Virus record (IMG/VR): IMGVR_UViG_3300038701_001169
Span: 1-64,000 of that record
Source of the DNA: a virus
Direction: 5' to 3' (one strand)
Length of the DNA: 64,000 nt
Every line of letters begins with the position of its first letter. The first letter of the stretch is position 1. The position numbers and the translations under genes were made by a program. The notes beneath the pieces were generated by a model. The model worked only from the letters and a program-made list of their open reading frames with translations. It was not told the origin of the DNA and did not search any database. Below are positions 45,636 to 55,072 of this stretch, piece after piece.

Positions 45636-47566
45636 ACATAGCTCTCCTCTAATGATTCATTAAGTATCAATCCACGTTCTTTAAGCACCTGTCTGCTGAA
45701 GTTCTCAGGGACGGGGTTATAGTCGGCGTAGATCAATTTCTGGTTAGTTTGTGTTTGGTGTATGTACAAAGAGTCGGCCATAGTTGCAGAGAACATCATT
45801 TTATCGAACTGTGTAGTTAGGTTTGTGAACTGGATACACTGATCGTGAGGGTATCCTTGTCTATGAAGTCTACCTAGTGCCTGCTCCATTTGTGTAGCAC
45901 TTCTGGAGGGCTGCACGAAATAAGCGTATCTGAATCTCTGTAGGTTTTGTCCTGTACCGAATGCCGAAATACTAGCTACTATGAACTTGTCTCCGTTGGT
46001 CTTGTCTAGGATTATTTTAGATCCAGTTTTACCTGAAGGAGCGTACAAAACATCTAGGCCAGATTTAAGCATTTCTTCGTAGAGCCACCTGCCTACTTCT
46101 TGATGATATACCCAATAAATACATGACTTCTTTACTTTCTTAGCATGTAATACTGCTGCTTTAATTTTGTAGTCACATATCCTATGTGCTCTGGAGTCTC
46201 TTTCGACTATTTCATCGAATTCTTTGGACTTCATGAACCTCCATTTAGTGTACAGTTCATCTCCGACTCGGTTTGCTCCGTGGTGATGCATCTCCAGACC
46301 TACAAGCATAGGACTGTCTAGACCTGAGATAGAGTTCTCTTCTAGCCACGTTCTAAGCTCGGACGAGTACATTTGATGTGCAGTCAGGTGTTCTTTACTC
46401 TTGTGTAAATATTCCTCGGCTACGTGTAAAGGTATTTCTCTTCTATCAGCGATTACTTCTGGTTCTGGCCAATACAGTTCTAAGTACAGGCCTACTGATA
46501 ATTCGTAATTGTACCTGAACTTATGAATAGGGTATTGTATCTCATCGCCGTTTGGGGCCATCGAATAATTGTCTACTTGACGAATGTATTCCTGTAGTTT
46601 GTCCCATCCTGGACAACCCTCTGGGTCTTTGACAGGTACATTCTCAATTAGCAGACTTGCAGATACAGTTGCGTCTCCGGAAGTGATGCTTCCTGGTGCT
46701 GTCTCAAGTCTTAGCTTGTATGCTCTTCTTAGACTTGCTACTTCTTCCTCGTCGAACTCTTGATTAGGGTAGTTTTTTCTTGCCCATTCAAGTAAAGGTT
46801 TCATTTCGTTACCAAATACGTGAGAAGAGAAAGTAGTGTCTATGCAGTAACCCCACTTATCTACATCAGCCCACACTAACGGGAGAGGGGAGTTTGATTT
46901 AAGTGCCCAGTGACATAAGTGAGCATAGTCATGTAGACCTTTAGCTGTTAATGTTCCTGACATAGCACAGAACTCAGTCTCAGGGAATTCGTCCATGTAC
47001 CTTTTAACTCGTTTAGTGCAACTTGAAGTAAGGTTGGCTAAGTTATGCGCTTCATCTGCTATAATACACTCAGGGGATATGTTACTAAGTAGCTCATCTG
47101 TATCTTTAAGACTCAACTGAGAATAAGACATGACGAATAACCCGGATGTTTCCCTAGACAGCTTTAGTCTTTTCTGTTTCGGTTGGCCTCCTAGACAGTG
47201 TACAGGGAGGTTTACTGCTATCTCTTTCTTGAGGTCTGGAAGTTCTTGTACTGTTTTATCTACACAGTTAGCAGGTACTAAAAGGATTATCTTTCTAAGT
47301 CCTTTAGCGTATGCGAAATCAGCTATTTTGAATGATACACATGTTTTTCCCAGACCGACGCCTATAGCACCTAATAACCCATTAAACTTTTTATACGAAA
47401 TCAATGAAGCTATCTGGGTCTGATTTAATATAGTCCATGTAGCAGAAGGCAGTAGTAATAGTTCTGAGAACTTCTTGACTAAGTCAGGAGGTATATCTGC
47501 AATTCTAGGAAGACCTATAATCCTGTCCATGTCGGAGCTAGATCTTTGCTCAGTTAATTCTAACAT
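45632..47566 (-). CDS. SNF2/DEAH-box helicase
   Basis: GVGLGKT, IIADEAHNL, FGTGQNLQ, QALGRLHRQG. Confidence 0.75.
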   Translation of the reverse strand: MLELTEQRSSSDMDRIIGLPRIADIPPDLVKKFSELLLLPSATWTILNQTQIASLISYKKFNGLLGAIGVGLGKTCVSFKIADFAYAKGLRKIILLVPANCVDKTVQELPDLKKEIAVNLPVHCLGGQPKQKRLKLSRETSGLFVMSYSQLSLKDTDELLSNISPECIIADEAHNLANLTSSCTKRVKRYMDEFPETEFCAMSGTLTAKGLHDYAHLCHWALKSNSPLPLVWADVDKWGYCIDTTFSSHVFGNEMKPLLEWARKNYPNQEFDEEEVASLRRAYKLRLETAPGSITSGDATVSASLLIENVPVKDPEGCPGWDKLQEYIRQVDNYSMAPNGDEIQYPIHKFRYNYELSVGLYLELYWPEPEVIADRREIPLHVAEEYLHKSKEHLTAHQMYSSELRTWLEENSISGLDSPMLVGLEMHHHGANRVGDELYTKWRFMKSKEFDEIVERDSRAHRICDYKIKAAVLHAKKVKKSCIYWVYHQEVGRWLYEEMLKSGLDVLYAPSGKTGSKIILDKTNGDKFIVASISAFGTGQNLQRFRYAYFVQPSRSATQMEQALGRLHRQGYPHDQCIQFTNLTTQFDKMMFSATMADSLYIHQTQTNQKLIYADYNPVPENFSRQVLKERGLILNESLEESYV

Positions 47567-47573
47567 AAGACTC

Positions 47574-48438
47574 CTATAGGTTGAGAATTGTTTTGATTAC
47601 CTTGAGTACATTTCTAGCGTGTCTTGTAGGTTCCCCAACAATCTCGTTCTCTATTTCAATGTCCATATCCTGAGCCCCACAAGTATAACCGCACGAAAAA
47701 GAGATATTTCTCTTAGGCGCTTGGTCTTTTGGTATTTGGTCTAGGAAGACTCGTACTCGCTTTCCTTTGATTGTCCTGCGATTTATTGCAGCACCTTTAG
47801 GGATTCCTGTTAAAGGGTCTTTTTTACCTATGGTCCGCTCAAACTTTGCGTACCAATTAAACACTTCAGGGAAGTCTTCACGGATTGCTGCCCAGTACCC
47901 TATAGAGTTGGCTTTAACGCATCCTGTACAATTAGCGTTTTTGTATCCTAATTTGTACATTTTAGGTAGTTTTAGTCCTAGCTCACGTATCACGAACTGA
48001 CAATCTTTTTTAGTGATATTGTGGTTGGCTAGTGGAGTATGTAGAGTAACTTCTGGATTGTTCTGTACAAATCTATTGATTCTAACTTTTTCGTCAGCAG
48101 TGTACCCGAATACTTGCCTTTCCGAGTAAAGTCGATCCCTTAAATAATCCCTAATAGGAATCTTTTTCATGTATGTAGTACAAGGGGCTCCTTGAATTCC
48201 TGCGAGGTATTTTCTATCTTCGAACACTTCAAAAATATTTTTATACTTTTTAGACTGGACTACGGTAATCTTTTTTTTTAGTTAGTTTTTCAAAGTCTCT
48301 TAAGAACCTTAAATTATCTCCATGCTCTGCTTTAGGGTCGGCATATATGATCTCCGACTCTGGCCTATTACATAGTTCTATTAAGGAGGCTATAGCCGAG
48401 GTAGATCCACATGAGAAGTGACATACTGATTTATCCAT
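47574..48438 (-). pseudogene. PAPS-reductase-like (PP-loop ATPase) gene split by a frameshift in an A9 tract
   Basis: The N-terminal part (48250-48438) carries the PP-loop-like motif SCGSTS. The C-terminal frame opens exactly at the A9 run (T9 at 48271-48279 on the + strand). One fewer A would fuse the two frames. Confidence 0.6.
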
Positions 48439-48539
48439 AAGGCTCCTATAGGTTAAAGGACACTGACCCAAAGAGCACGAACTACGTGACTTTGACTACC
48501 TTTCCGGTAGTTTCCTTTGGGTCAGTGCAAGGAGGTTAT

Positions 48540-50369
48540 TTAGCTAGCATTCCCGATAAATACTTGGGCGTTGTCCAGTTCGGATAATGCTGCACATAGA
48601 GGACGTGTATTCGCTGTAATTGAATTAGCTAGAATTACATGTCCTTTAAGCTTTTCAGCAATCTCTTCTGCCTTGCCTGCTACCGCATCCCTAAGAGCGA
48701 ATATGGTAGGTTCTTCTTTACCTGTTGACTTACAGTAAGCCAGTGCAGATTTAGAGTACTCGTCCCATATCTTTTGAGCAGTAATGTACTTAGAGTAACC
48801 TTGAGCATGTCCGTTGATACAGAGAATTATCCCTGAAGGAGAACGTTTTGCTTTGGTCTTGAAGTTCGGTTCATATGCCTCGTATGCACCTGCATCTATG
48901 ATAACTGAATCACTGGCTTCATTTTCTGGTGTAGATTCCACACTTCCTGAGCTGTCTGGTTCAGCATTTGTCTTAGTATCGACATCTCCCTTACCTTGCT
49001 CAGCTTTCTTTTCTTCGGCTTCTTTCTTAGCAAGTTCTTCGGCTTCTTTCTTGGCTTGTTCAGCGTCAGCTTTAGCCTTGGCTTCTGCTTCCTGTTTGGC
49101 TTTCTCTTCTGCATCTAGTTTATCTACCTGAGCCTGTAATTGTTTAATCTGCTCAGTCATGTCCATGCCCATATTGTCTTGCATGTCCTGCAGAGTTCCG
49201 ATTTTCTCGATTAGTTCTTCACGGGTTCCGTCAACCTTGAACTTTGTTTCGTTCTTTGCAGGGTCAGGAGTCTCTTCTTTCTTAGTGTCGGTTACAGGAG
49301 TTTCTAGGTTAGCTGTATTTGCTTCATCGTTCTTGGTTGTTTCTTCGAGTAGATCGTCGAAAGGGTCACTCATATCTATCTGTTCCTTTGGTATTTCGGT
49401 ATATTGACCGATAGGGGTTATTTGGTATTTTATTCGTTCTTTGTAATTGTCTAATGATTCCTGACCTGCACATATAGCTACAAAGTTGCAGCCACCGTAT
49501 GCTCCACAGGATTCTTCATTAGGCTCTATCTCTATGTATTTAGTAGATTTGTATCTAGTGTCTCTACATTTCTCTGCGGTCTTTTTTAAAGTCTCAAAGT
49601 TCTGAAGTACTCTTTTCCAAGATACTCTGGCTTTCGTAGTCTGAGGGATTCCTTGACCTTTGCGCTTATCTTTACCTTCAAAAGGGTATTGATAATGCTC
49701 TACATCCATGTATTCAGGGGGATCTTTTTCAAATCCGTTAGTCCTGTACTTAGCCCAGTAATAACAGTAAGTAAGTAATTGTACATCGTCTCCGATATAC
49801 TTGTCACTCCCTTCTATACTGTTAAGTACCCAGTTAAGGTTTTTACATGATTTATGGTCTCCGATAGTCCAGTCGTAAGCTAAGTCAATGAGTCCCGTGA
49901 TTTGCACTGCCGGCAGTCCGTTTTCTGAAGGAAGAAGTTCCTCCTCGAACTTGAACTCAACTCTCCTGTTAGGAGGTCTCCAAAGAACTCCGTTAGCTAT
50001 AGCGTCAGGAATGATTCTACGAATCCACGCTTGCTCTGCAAATGTGATTTCTTTAGTTTGACCTTTCTCTTCCTTAATGTACCAGTTTTCAGGGTAGAGG
50101 TTGACGGGATTGCCTTTCTCATCTAGACCTTGTTCATTAGCTAATAACCAACGTTCAAGTACTTCGTGAAGTATAGATCCTCGTGTAGTAGAGTCGGCCA
50201 TTTTAATAGGCAGTTTATCTACTTTTTCAAGAAACCATTTCCGGTTGCACATTTCGTAAGTTTTAGCTTGACTAACAGAGAACTTTATTACTTTAGCGTG
50301 TTCATTCTGTTCGCTCAAACTCTGTTCCTTTAGTCGGGAATACCCAAGCTTTTTTGATGGACTCTCCAA
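48540..50369 (-). CDS. Cas4/RecB-like PD-(D/E)XK exonuclease fused to a long E/K/A coiled coil and an unknown C-terminal domain
   Basis: N-terminal Cys (YEMCNRKW), IDLAYD...GDHKS, C-x5-C-x5-C (CGAYGGCNFVAIC). Confidence 0.55.
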   Translation of the reverse strand: MESPSKKLGYSRLKEQSLSEQNEHAKVIKFSVSQAKTYEMCNRKWFLEKVDKLPIKMADSTTRGSILHEVLERWLLANEQGLDEKGNPVNLYPENWYIKEEKGQTKEITFAEQAWIRRIIPDAIANGVLWRPPNRRVEFKFEEELLPSENGLPAVQITGLIDLAYDWTIGDHKSCKNLNWVLNSIEGSDKYIGDDVQLLTYCYYWAKYRTNGFEKDPPEYMDVEHYQYPFEGKDKRKGQGIPQTTKARVSWKRVLQNFETLKKTAEKCRDTRYKSTKYIEIEPNEESCGAYGGCNFVAICAGQESLDNYKERIKYQITPIGQYTEIPKEQIDMSDPFDDLLEETTKNDEANTANLETPVTDTKKEETPDPAKNETKFKVDGTREELIEKIGTLQDMQDNMGMDMTEQIKQLQAQVDKLDAEEKAKQEAEAKAKADAEQAKKEAEELAKKEAEEKKAEQGKGDVDTKTNAEPDSSGSVESTPENEASDSVIIDAGAYEAYEPNFKTKAKRSPSGIILCINGHAQGYSKYITAQKIWDEYSKSALAYCKSTGKEEPTIFALRDAVAGKAEEIAEKLKGHVILANSITANTRPLCAALSELDNAQVFIGNAS

Positions 50370-52332
50370 CTCTTACTGATTTATTGACTGCTCCTAGGTT
50401 TTTTAGGATATCAATAGCACTCTGTTTAGGTACATTTCTGATCCCAGAGGACTCTTTAAATGCTTGAGTAAACTCCTTTGGAAGTACAACGATGTTGTCA
50501 GCTAGATCTACCTCCTGTCTACGGCAATAGAACGAACATTCGTCTACGCAGTCCGACAAGAACTCAAGTATTAGTTGTTCAGTGTTGGATGTTGCTACAG
50601 CACCTATAAACTTGTAGTCAGTCATATTTCCCCAGCGACCAGTTCCTTTAGGTACAGGAAACTTGTCTTTGTTATGTATTAACCAAGCTACGTGTTTTGT
50701 TAGATGTCCGTTATTTAGCCACTTGTTAGATACGTCTCGCTCCCCTAGAACATCTTCATTTAAGAACATCTGAGTAATTGAGTCTGATTTCTCTTCGTGT
50801 ATTTCAACGTCGTAGATTCTTTGACCTAGTGCCTCGTTCTTCTCGTTAAACATAGATCTTACATGTGGCTTATCTCGATTGAAGGCACAGTAGCATCTTA
50901 TATGTCCGTGAAGGGTGGTCTGACCTCCGTACTTAGGGTTCACTTTCCATGCTGTGTGAGTGACGTAGTTTTTGAACCTGTCTTTCCACAGTTCCCTGTT
51001 CTTCGGAGTAACTACTAAACCACCGTCGTCTGCAACAACAAATGGGTTAGATAGTAATTGGCCGTTATATCCTGATTCATGATGATCTATAGGGCTTAAG
51101 TGCGCCTCGGCATCTTGTATCTGCTCTTCAATAGCATTAATAAGGAGAGACTTTCCTGTGTTAGGTGGCCCAATTATACTGAGTATCGGTAACGGTTTAT
51201 TGAAGTCTAGGCAGTGAGCTACCCAGCATCTGATATATTCGTAGTTGTTACCGAATGCGTCTCTCATCCATGTGTCACATTTTTCAGAGTATACAGGAGT
51301 TATATTAGCTCTTGTAACGCCTGACTGTTTGACACCTAGTTGCTCATCCTTTAGCGACAGCTCGTATTTGTGAGGTGCACGTAGATCTATTTCAGTGTAC
51401 TGAGTAATCATTATGTGCATGTCGTACAGCTCCGTCTTAGGGATAGGTACAGTTCTAATGTTTCCGTCCTTATCGATTACTTCACGTTCAGTAATACATA
51501 AAGGATTTACGTACTGGAATTGCTGGGATATTAGAGTTATTACTTCTGAAGAGTCCCTGACTTCGTAAGTGTACTTTAAGGTCTTAGGGTCTAAGAGTAG
51601 ATGCTTGTCTCTGGATATCTTGATGCATACGATATGTGCCAGTACTTCTAAGCTTTTTTCGTCGTTAACATCTAAGTTCTTCAGGAAAGGAAATACTTTA
51701 GTTAAGGAATCGTCTTCCACGACTCTTTTAGCTACATCTTGCCATTTAGCGTACTTGTTATTGGATTCTTCAGCTACCTTGTTTGACTCTTCTACTGCTT
51801 GGTTCTTCTGCTTCCATTCTTCAGTGTCTTTATGGTGTCTGTACTCGGTGTAGATCTTGTTAATAAGATTCATGAGTACTTGATCACTGTCTGACAGTCC
51901 GAACTGCATTGCAGCGGTCCTGAATATGTAGAATAATTGATATGCAGTACAGTCTAGCTTATCTAGTGTTTGAGACACTAGCCTAGGCATTACTGTGTTA
52001 AAGTCTTCCTGCTCTAGTTTAAGCTTTGCGTCCTTAAGTTTTATGAATTGATTATACTCAGGACTTCTAAGCTTTTTCTCCATTTTCTGAATAAGTGTTT
52101 TAGTGCTTAGTTCGGCATTTGGGACTTCGAACTCGTACTGGACTTTCTCAGGGGGAAGAGTAGCTGGAGGGACGTAATCTCTCCTTTCGTACCCTTCCCT
52201 TAATGCAGTGAAATAAGATCTTAGTTTCTCTATGTCTTCAGTAGACTTAAATAACTCAACAAACTCCTCAGTATCTTTATACTGGTATTCTTTACGAGCG
52301 GTAGCTATGAGTTTTTCTTGTAGTGGACTCAA
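50302..52332 (-). CDS. SF3-type replicative helicase (D5/P4-like)
   Basis: Walker A IIGPPNTGKS and Walker B FVVADDGG. 676 aa, next to the primase-like gene. Confidence 0.55.
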   Translation of the reverse strand: MSPLQEKLIATARKEYQYKDTEEFVELFKSTEDIEKLRSYFTALREGYERRDYVPPATLPPEKVQYEFEVPNAELSTKTLIQKMEKKLRSPEYNQFIKLKDAKLKLEQEDFNTVMPRLVSQTLDKLDCTAYQLFYIFRTAAMQFGLSDSDQVLMNLINKIYTEYRHHKDTEEWKQKNQAVEESNKVAEESNNKYAKWQDVAKRVVEDDSLTKVFPFLKNLDVNDEKSLEVLAHIVCIKISRDKHLLLDPKTLKYTYEVRDSSEVITLISQQFQYVNPLCITEREVIDKDGNIRTVPIPKTELYDMHIMITQYTEIDLRAPHKYELSLKDEQLGVKQSGVTRANITPVYSEKCDTWMRDAFGNNYEYIRCWVAHCLDFNKPLPILSIIGPPNTGKSLLINAIEEQIQDAEAHLSPIDHHESGYNGQLLSNPFVVADDGGLVVTPKNRELWKDRFKNYVTHTAWKVNPKYGGQTTLHGHIRCYCAFNRDKPHVRSMFNEKNEALGQRIYDVEIHEEKSDSITQMFLNEDVLGERDVSNKWLNNGHLTKHVAWLIHNKDKFPVPKGTGRWGNMTDYKFIGAVATSNTEQLILEFLSDCVDECSFYCRRQEVDLADNIVVLPKEFTQAFKESSGIRNVPKQSAIDILKNLGAVNKSVRVGESIKKAWVFPTKGTEFERTE

Positions 52333-52352
52333 CTTCGCTCCTTTTGTTAGGG

Positions 52353-53060
52353 TTATTCGTTAAGTTGTTCTTTGATCGACATCAATTGAATGACAAATAG
52401 TAATTGCTCAGAGAAGGGCATACTCTCTATATTCTCTAGACTGAAGTTCCTGAATACTGATTCAATTACCTGAACATACTTTTTACCTTCTTTAGGTTTA
52501 GGTAATCGAACAGAGGTACTTAGGTCAATGTTCTTAGGTCTGACTTCCTTAGCATTAGTTAACTCAGACTTAAGTTTCCTTATTTGACTAGCACAAGATT
52601 CAGCTCTCTTCTCCCAGACATCTCGTTCTTTAGTTACTGCGTCCCTGTCCTTAGTAAGAACTTCTTCTCTGGCTTTAGAGTGACCTAACTCTATCTGAGA
52701 CTCTTTCACTTGCGCTTTAAGTGATTGTTCCCTGTAGAGTGCTTTATTGAGTTTCGTCTCTAGTTTATGTAAATTCGTAGATAATTCACTGGCTACGAGA
52801 AGTAGTTGTGAACTAGTCCAGTACTCTTCTTCAATCCAGAACTCTTCTTTAGAGTGGACTTCCTTTACCTTAAATCTAGAAGCATCACATCGAGTAGATC
52901 CACCGTGGTCTGCTATCAGTTTCACCATCTCTGTCCCTGAGTGGTTTCTAGATCTATCAAGAATCTCGTATTCTTTGCCTACAGTCAATGTATTGAGGAT
53001 ACCGTCGGCATTTGTACATATTGCTGTATCGCCTTTTCGGAATCTGTATTTACTGCCCAT
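52353..53060 (-). CDS. hypothetical coiled-coil protein
   Basis: ORF track. Confidence 0.5.
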   Translation of the reverse strand: MGSKYRFRKGDTAICTNADGILNTLTVGKEYEILDRSRNHSGTEMVKLIADHGGSTRCDASRFKVKEVHSKEEFWIEEEYWTSSQLLLVASELSTNLHKLETKLNKALYREQSLKAQVKESQIELGHSKAREEVLTKDRDAVTKERDVWEKRAESCASQIRKLKSELTNAKEVRPKNIDLSTSVRLPKPKEGKKYVQVIESVFRNFSLENIESMPFSEQLLFVIQLMSIKEQLNE

Positions 53061-53237
53061 CTAGTAAACTCCGTGACTAACGATCTCGAACACGTCACCA
53101 AATTTATTGTTGTAGTTCCTGAATTTAGACATTAGCTCTTTGAAAGAGCACTCTGGTACTTTGAAGTCAGAGATTTCTTTGCTCCAAGCCGATTTAGGGT
53201 AGTTGGTCTTAAATCTGATTATTCGATCACGTTTCAT
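53061..53237 (-). CDS. hypothetical 58-aa protein (below the track cutoff)
   Basis: Hand translation MKRDRIIRFKTNYPKSAWSKE.... It carries the CA-rich leader with AAAGGA, and its stop abuts the next ATG. Confidence 0.45.
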   Translation of the reverse strand: MKRDRIIRFKTNYPKSAWSKEISDFKVPECSFKELMSKFRNYNNKFGDVFEIVSHGVY

Positions 53238-53290
53238 GATTGTGTTCCTTTGGTTTGGTTTTTACCCTTGCAAGATTCAGGTTATTTGGT

Positions 53291-54352
53291 TTAATATTTC
53301 TCAAAGTCTATAAAGTCAGGTAGATACAAGTGCTTCCATTCTAGAAAACTCCTGGACCCCTTATTAGTGTCTATTAAACTTTGAGGATGTTCTGTGTAAG
53401 CTTCTCTTTCTCGCCAAATAACTGGCTTATCAAGCTTGCGAATTGTCCCGGCACAACGTGTATACCTACTCGGATCTCTGCACTTTGAGTCGTAATTTAT
53501 ACCTATGCCTTCGCAGAATTCTTTTATCAGGTTTACTCGTTCAGAGTACTCTTCATAATTACTTGCTTCTACTTTTACAGCTGCGTGAAGGCTCTTTGCT
53601 CCAGAGTCTACAATACATGTAATAGGGAGTCTAGAGTTCAGTAGCATAGCGTACTGGAGCTCTAGACTAGGTACATCGTCACACTCTATCAAGGTATGCC
53701 TGAAATCAGTTACATTATCGTTACCGTTCAGTCCGTTGCACGGGTTTATATTGATGAAAATTGGTTTATGTACTGGGTCTTTTAGTAAAGTGTCTACCAG
53801 TACTGAGTTTCCTCCGAATCTAGGGTCTCTGGTTCCAAAAACCTGTTCACCTGCTCGGAATAATAATTGCAAGTACATTTGGTACTGACAATCCAGTGTT
53901 AGTATAGGTAATTGTTCAGGTAGCCTTACAGGGAGAATTGATTGTCTCTTGTAAGGAACTACTCGTCTCGGCTTTCTTTCTACTCGACCAGACGTAGGAT
54001 CGTTACTAATGTACTCAACGTCCTCGTCCTCTAGTTCACTGGCCTCCATCTGTAATTTAAATAGATCTCCACCTTGATCTAAGTAAATGTTCTTAAGAGT
54101 AGTGAAACCTCTTACATGTGCACCTTCAATGGCCGTAGCTCGTGATTGTGCTGATCTGTAACGGGTTAATTTCTCTTTTTCGTCGTGCCTTGGTCTCTGG
54201 TCGTAGCCGTCTGTCTCCATCCAGTCGAGTAGAATGCCTTCGTCGTAGCCCATTCCTTTAAGTGCGAACATTACTTCCTCAAAGTGGTCATATGGGCTAA
54301 TGTAACAGGATAGGAGTATCTGCACCATTTTGTCTTTAAATGTTGGTTTCAT
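53291..54352 (-). CDS. AEP-family primase-polymerase-like protein
   Basis: Acidic motif LIECDD, SGAKSLHAAV (sGxxxH-like), CRDPSR. Confidence 0.45.
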   Translation of the reverse strand: MKPTFKDKMVQILLSCYISPYDHFEEVMFALKGMGYDEGILLDWMETDGYDQRPRHDEKEKLTRYRSAQSRATAIEGAHVRGFTTLKNIYLDQGGDLFKLQMEASELEDEDVEYISNDPTSGRVERKPRRVVPYKRQSILPVRLPEQLPILTLDCQYQMYLQLLFRAGEQVFGTRDPRFGGNSVLVDTLLKDPVHKPIFININPCNGLNGNDNVTDFRHTLIECDDVPSLELQYAMLLNSRLPITCIVDSGAKSLHAAVKVEASNYEEYSERVNLIKEFCEGIGINYDSKCRDPSRYTRCAGTIRKLDKPVIWREREAYTEHPQSLIDTNKGSRSFLEWKHLYLPDFIDFEKY

Positions 54353-54368
54353 AACTCCTCTAGTTTAT

Positions 54369-54554
54369 TTAAGCTTGTAATAGTCCGTTCGATAGTGCGC
54401 TATTGTACGATGCTCTTTCTTGCTCTTTGCGTCGTTCGTCTGCTCGTTCTTGTAGTACTTCGTGCATTGTAGTGATGTCATGATTTCTTACGATGATTGT
54501 GTCTGCATTGCGATTAAGTTCTTGTACTTCGTTCGTTAGTTGCTCTTGTGTCAT
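54369..54554 (-). CDS. hypothetical protein
   Basis: ORF track. It carries the CA-rich leader. Confidence 0.5.
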   Translation of the reverse strand: MTQEQLTNEVQELNRNADTIIVRNHDITTMHEVLQERADERRKEQERASYNSALSNGLLQA

Positions 54555-54640
54555 TTTGGTCTCATGGTTATTTGGTTTGTAAATGATGTAGGTGCTATGT
54601 TCTTTATTGATTGTCTACTTAATAATGACCGCAGTTCGTA

Positions 54641-54838
54641 TTAAGCAGATAAAAGCTCTTCATTCTCGAAGACAGGTACATGCCCGTAGGTCGAACTTAT
54701 CTTTTCCAGAATGTATTCTTTGTCGTTACATGCGCCTTTTCCTATAGTCACGAATTCTGACTGATCGAAAAATCCTATTTGGTACTTGATAATATCTGTT
54801 CCTGGTTGAGGATATAGATGTAGTTCTAATAGGTTCAT
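54641..54838 (-). CDS. hypothetical protein (first gene of the minus block)
   Basis: AAGGAG followed by ATG, 68 nt downstream of promoter-like motif R2. Confidence 0.5.
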   Translation of the reverse strand: MNLLELHLYPQPGTDIIKYQIGFFDQSEFVTIGKGACNDKEYILEKISSTYGHVPVFENEELLSA

Positions 54839-54899
54839 GTTATGCTCCTTGTATTAAACATGAATTACATGTAAAAATTAACCGATATAAAATCATTCG

Positions 54900-54923
54900 G
54901 TATTCCTATATAGGGTGCACTTT
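54900..54923 (-). promoter_or_regulatory. candidate phage single-subunit RNAP promoter, copy R2
   Basis: In the minus sense it reads AAAGTGCACCCTATATAGGAATAC, 21/24 identical to R1. Confidence 0.5.
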
Positions 54924-55072
54924 TTTGTAATTATCTAAAATAAAGTAACTTATGGTTATAAATCAAATAGACTAACTAGCGACACTATTCACCTGAATGT
55001 AGCACCAAGTTATAACCTTAGTTGAAATAAGCTTAAAGCAGCTTAAATTAACCTGTAACAATGTAGATATGG

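Noticed and set aside
43278-49114. Alternative-frame minus-strand ORFs lie at 43278-43520 and 48896-49114.
   Set aside because: Each lies wholly inside a better-supported ORF. The second is the off-frame reading of the Ala/Glu/Lys low-complexity region.
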